Positions 60,766 to 64,000 of a DNA stretch of 64,000 nt are shown here, piece after piece. Each line of letters begins with the position of its first letter. Position 1 is the stretch's first letter. The notes under the pieces are model-generated. The model was not told where the DNA came from, made no database searches, and saw nothing but the letters and a program-made list of their open reading frames with translations. Both the position numbers and the translations under genes were made by a program. The stretch comes from Alphaproteobacteria bacterium (GTDB lineage Bacteria > Pseudomonadota > Alphaproteobacteria > CALKHQ01): the NCBI GenBank assembly GCA_965227515.1, contig CBDDFZ010000001.1:704001-768000 (forward strand), read 5' to 3'.

Positions 60766-61944
60766 TCAGAACGGCAGGCCGATGTATTCATAGGCCATCA
60801 GCGCCTGCGCTTCTTCAGACATCAGCAGCACGTCATAGGTGTTCTGGCGGATCTTGCTGTCGAACGGGTCCTCGCCGGGGAACACGTGCAACAGCTTGGT
60901 CATGCGCCACGACAGGCTGGCCGATGCCCACACCCGCTTCAGGGCGGTCTGCGAGTAGCTCTCCAGATAGCTGTCGGACCCGGACTTGTAGTGCTCGATC
61001 AGCGCGCGCGACAGGTAGTAGACGTCGGAAAACGCGAGGTTCAGCCCCTTGGCCCCGGTCGGCGGCACGATGTGGGCGGCGTCGCCAGCGAGATACAGGC
61101 TGCCGTACTGCATCGGCTCGGCAACGAAGCTGCGCAACGGCGCGATCGACTTCTCGATCGATGGACCGGTCACGACCTCGCGCGCCAGGTCGGACGAGAA
61201 CCGGGACAGGAACTCCTCCCAGAACCGGTCGTCGGGCCAGTCGTCGATGCTGTCGCTCAGGTCGCACTGGATGTAATAGCGGCTGAGCATCGGATTGCGC
61301 TGCGAGGCGAGCGCGAACCCGCGGTCGTGATAGGCGTAGACGATCTCGCTGACCGGCGGCACCTCGGCCATGATGCCGAGCCAGCCGAAGGGGTACGCGC
61401 GCTCGTATGTGTTGAGCACGTCCGCCGGTATGGTCGTGCGGCTGATGCCGTGGAAGCCGTCGCAGCCGGCGATGTAGTCGCAGTCGAGCCTGTGCGCGAC
61501 GCCGTCATGGGCGTACGTCACGTACGGCGCACCCGTGGTCAGGTCGTGCAGGGCGACGTCCAGCGCCTCGTTGACCACGTTGCCGCCCTCACGGGCGCAG
61601 GTGTCGTAGAGGTCTTCGGTGATGACCGTCTGCCCGTACGCCATCATCGGCTTGCCGGTCCAGCGCACGGTGTCGATGAACATATCCGGCTTGTCCTGCC
61701 AGACGATGCCGCACCCGTTCTTTTCCTTGCCCTCGCGCGCCATCCGCTCGCCCAGGCCATAGTCGCGCAGCATCTGGATCGTGCCGGCTTCCAGCACGCC
61801 GGCGCGGATGCGGCCCAGCACGTACGCCTTGCTGCGCTGTTCCAGCACGACATTGTCTATGCCGCTGAGGTTGAGGATGTGGGACAGCATCAGCCCGGCG
61901 GGGCCGCCGCCGATAATGGCGACCTGCGTGCGGTTGTTGGCCAT
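60766..61944 (-). CDS. pobA: 4-hydroxybenzoate 3-monooxygenase
   Basis: GGGPAG, YVLGRIRAGVLE, YGQT, GCDGFHG, GDAAHIVPPTGAKG and YIGLP. Confidence 0.93.
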   Translation of the reverse strand: MANNRTQVAIIGGGPAGLMLSHILNLSGIDNVVLEQRSKAYVLGRIRAGVLEAGTIQMLRDYGLGERMAREGKEKNGCGIVWQDKPDMFIDTVRWTGKPMMAYGQTVITEDLYDTCAREGGNVVNEALDVALHDLTTGAPYVTYAHDGVAHRLDCDYIAGCDGFHGISRTTIPADVLNTYERAYPFGWLGIMAEVPPVSEIVYAYHDRGFALASQRNPMLSRYYIQCDLSDSIDDWPDDRFWEEFLSRFSSDLAREVVTGPSIEKSIAPLRSFVAEPMQYGSLYLAGDAAHIVPPTGAKGLNLAFSDVYYLSRALIEHYKSGSDSYLESYSQTALKRVWASASLSWRMTKLLHVFPGEDPFDSKIRQNTYDVLLMSEEAQALMAYEYIGLPF

Positions 61945-61950
61945 ATTCCG

Positions 61951-62358
61951 TCAACCTTCCCCGGATCGGTCCCGCCCTATCGCGGCCAGTAGCGCCATGA
62001 CCCTGCGGCGGTTTGCTCCCAGATCCGAATAGCCGACCCGCGATGCGCTGTAGATGGCAAGCGTTGCCCTGTCGGCGCCGAGCGGGATGATGTCGACGAG
62101 CACGTCATCGACAAAGCGAAAGATACGCGAGGTCTGGGTGAAACGGAACTGCCGGGTGTCCTCCGCGACGATCTGCGTACGCCCCAGCCCGGCGATGGCA
62201 TCGCGCACGCGTTGGCGCAGGGTTTCTGCGGGGCAGGCATAGGTAGGCGCCGCCGCATCCGGCGGGCGGTTGGCATAGTTTTCGGGGCAGACGAGATAAT
62301 GGTTCGGCGAGGTGCGCTGGGGCAGGTCTTGGAAGTCATAGCTGGGCACGCTTGTCAT
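61951..62358 (-). CDS. DUF1499 family protein
   Basis: SRIFRFVDD and YSASRVGYSDLGANRRRV motifs. Confidence 0.8.
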   Translation of the reverse strand: MTSVPSYDFQDLPQRTSPNHYLVCPENYANRPPDAAAPTYACPAETLRQRVRDAIAGLGRTQIVAEDTRQFRFTQTSRIFRFVDDVLVDIIPLGADRATLAIYSASRVGYSDLGANRRRVMALLAAIGRDRSGEG

Positions 62359-62362
62359 GCCG

Positions 62363-63358
62363 CTACGGGCCACGGCCCTGAATCAGCGGGGCCGGGTCGT
62401 CGATCATGATGGTCTGGCGGCGTACCGGCAGGAAGCCGGCGCGCTGATACATGCCGAGCGCGCGCGGGTGGTCCATGTCGCAGGTGTTGATGGTGACCTT
62501 GGCGGTATCGCCGTCCCAGGCCCGGCGCACCGCCCAGTCGATGATGTAGCGGCCGAGGCCACGGCCGATGAACTCCTCCACCAGCCCCAGGAACTGGATG
62601 TTCGGGGTGGCGGTGCGGCGGCGGTCGATCTCGACGAAGCCGCCAGGCACGCCCTGTACGTAGAGGACGTAAATCTCCACCCCCGGGTCGTGGATGATGC
62701 GGCGCAACTGCGCGTCCGACATCACCCGGCGTTGCCACCACATCCAGCGCGCGCCGACGGTCTCGTACAGGTAGCGGTAGAACGAGACGGTGGGCTCGTG
62801 GGCGCGCAACAGCGCCATTTGCAGGGCCGGTGGCGGCGGATGGGCCGGGCCGGGATGTGCCGTCATCTCCAGGTAGGTGATCGTCACCTCGCGCTGTGCC
62901 TTCGGCGCGTCGGCCGGATCGTTGCCCAGCCAGCGCTGCCACAGCATGTTGGGGCTCAGCTGGTAGCCCAGGTTCTGGTAGAAGCCAGCGACCGCGGCAT
63001 TGGTGTCGCGGATGAACAGGTGCATCTTCGGCAGACCCTTGGCGGTTGCCCATTCCTCCGCCGCCTGCACCAGCCGCCGGCCATAGCCGCGGCCCTGCCT
63101 GTCCGGCGCCACCGCCAGATAGTACATATATGCGCGGTGAGCATCGTGGCCGACCAGGACGCTGCCGACGGGCGGTCCGTCCTCGGTTTCCCGCGCCACC
63201 AGCACGACGCCGTGGCCGGTGGAGCGCGCCAGGTCCAGGTCGGCGTCGGGATCGTTCCACGGCCTGGTCAGGCCAACCGCGCGCCACAACGCGGTGACGG
63301 CCTCGCGGTCGGCCTCGGCGAACGCACGGACGGTCAGACGCGCCGGCAGCACGGTCAT
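62363..63358 (-). CDS. Tandem GNAT acetyltransferase (two domains)
   Basis: LTRPWNDP..GHD..YYLAV..QGRGYG (YpeA-like) plus a second domain with IGRGLG and DHPRAL. Confidence 0.8.
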   Translation of the reverse strand: MTVLPARLTVRAFAEADREAVTALWRAVGLTRPWNDPDADLDLARSTGHGVVLVARETEDGPPVGSVLVGHDAHRAYMYYLAVAPDRQGRGYGRRLVQAAEEWATAKGLPKMHLFIRDTNAAVAGFYQNLGYQLSPNMLWQRWLGNDPADAPKAQREVTITYLEMTAHPGPAHPPPPALQMALLRAHEPTVSFYRYLYETVGARWMWWQRRVMSDAQLRRIIHDPGVEIYVLYVQGVPGGFVEIDRRRTATPNIQFLGLVEEFIGRGLGRYIIDWAVRRAWDGDTAKVTINTCDMDHPRALGMYQRAGFLPVRRQTIMIDDPAPLIQGRGP

Positions 63359-63378
63359 CGGCGGCAGCTCCCGGTTCG

Positions 63379-64000
63379 CTAGGTCTCGACCGGCGTGTCG
63401 CCGGGGCGGCCCCATTCGGCCCACGAACCGTCATAGACCGCGGCGTTCGGCTGGCCGACCAGATAGGCGCCCAGCGCCAGAACGCAGGCGGTGATGCCGG
63501 AGCCGCAGCTGCACGTGATCGGCCGGTCTAGGTCGACGTCGGCGGCAGCGAACCGGGCGCGGATGGCATCGGCATCCACCACGGTCTTGTCGTCGGGGTC
63601 GATCAGGTCGACGAACGGCAGGTTGCGGCTGCCCGGAATATGCCCCGACCGGCGGCCGGGCCAGATCTCCGGTGCCGTGCCGCCGAAGCGCCCGGCGTCG
63701 CGCGCGTCCACGATGGTCTCGGGCGCGCTGCCCATCAGCGCGTGCACATCTTCGATCGCGGCAACCAGCTCGGGCCGGAAGCGCGGCGTCAACGTGCGCA
63801 CGGCGGCCAATGCGGTGCCGGACTCCGTCTGCCGGCCCTCGGCGAGCCAGCGCGGCAGGCCGCCGTTCAGCACCGCCACCTTGTCGTGCCCGAACACCCG
63901 CAGCATCCACCAGGCGCGCGCCGCCGACATCAGCCCATGGGTGTCGTAGACCACGACCTGGCTGTCGTTGCCGATCCCCAGCGCGCCGACCGCGTTCGCG
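63379..64000 (-). CDS. sseA: 3-mercaptopyruvate sulfurtransferase, 5' truncated by window edge
   Basis: ARAWW, LNGG, DAR..RF, SGHIPG, CGSGITA and YDGSWAEW. Confidence 0.92.
   Translation of the reverse strand, partial: ANAVGALGIGNDSQVVVYDTHGLMSAARAWWMLRVFGHDKVAVLNGGLPRWLAEGRQTESGTALAAVRTLTPRFRPELVAAIEDVHALMGSAPETIVDARDAGRFGGTAPEIWPGRRSGHIPGSRNLPFVDLIDPDDKTVVDADAIRARFAAADVDLDRPITCSCGSGITACVLALGAYLVGQPNAAVYDGSWAEWGRPGDTPVET

Overview
High-GC alphaproteobacterial (Rhodospirillales-like, inferred from gene content) chromosomal window, densely coding and mostly core or metabolic. In order: the end of a De Ley-Doudoroff dgoK-dgoA pair; ankyrin and Sel1/TPR envelope proteins; two tandem HtrA/DegQ proteases; envC-ctpA-yibQ-rppH; a Uma2 nuclease; groES-groEL with CIRCE, and a divergent usg; yacG, GST, GFA and TauE; a FadR + PLP lyase + CUT1 ABC operon; a Tad/Cpa (Flp) pilus locus with CtrA-like boxes; an uncharacterised catabolic cluster (DoeA-like M24 hydrolase, Asp/Glu racemase, ThDP enzyme, DadA-like oxidoreductase, DctP6/7-like TRAP); xth, xerC and a histidine kinase; a pobA + ligK/U/J/I/C protocatechuate 4,5-cleavage cluster with no ligAB in the window; and a partial sseA. 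I saw no transposase, CRISPR array, tRNA or rRNA. The intergenic space holds 12 copies of five palindromic repeat families, and one family shows an inverted central loop in one copy. All calls come from reading motifs and recalled family signatures; no database searches were run, and several start codons are best guesses.
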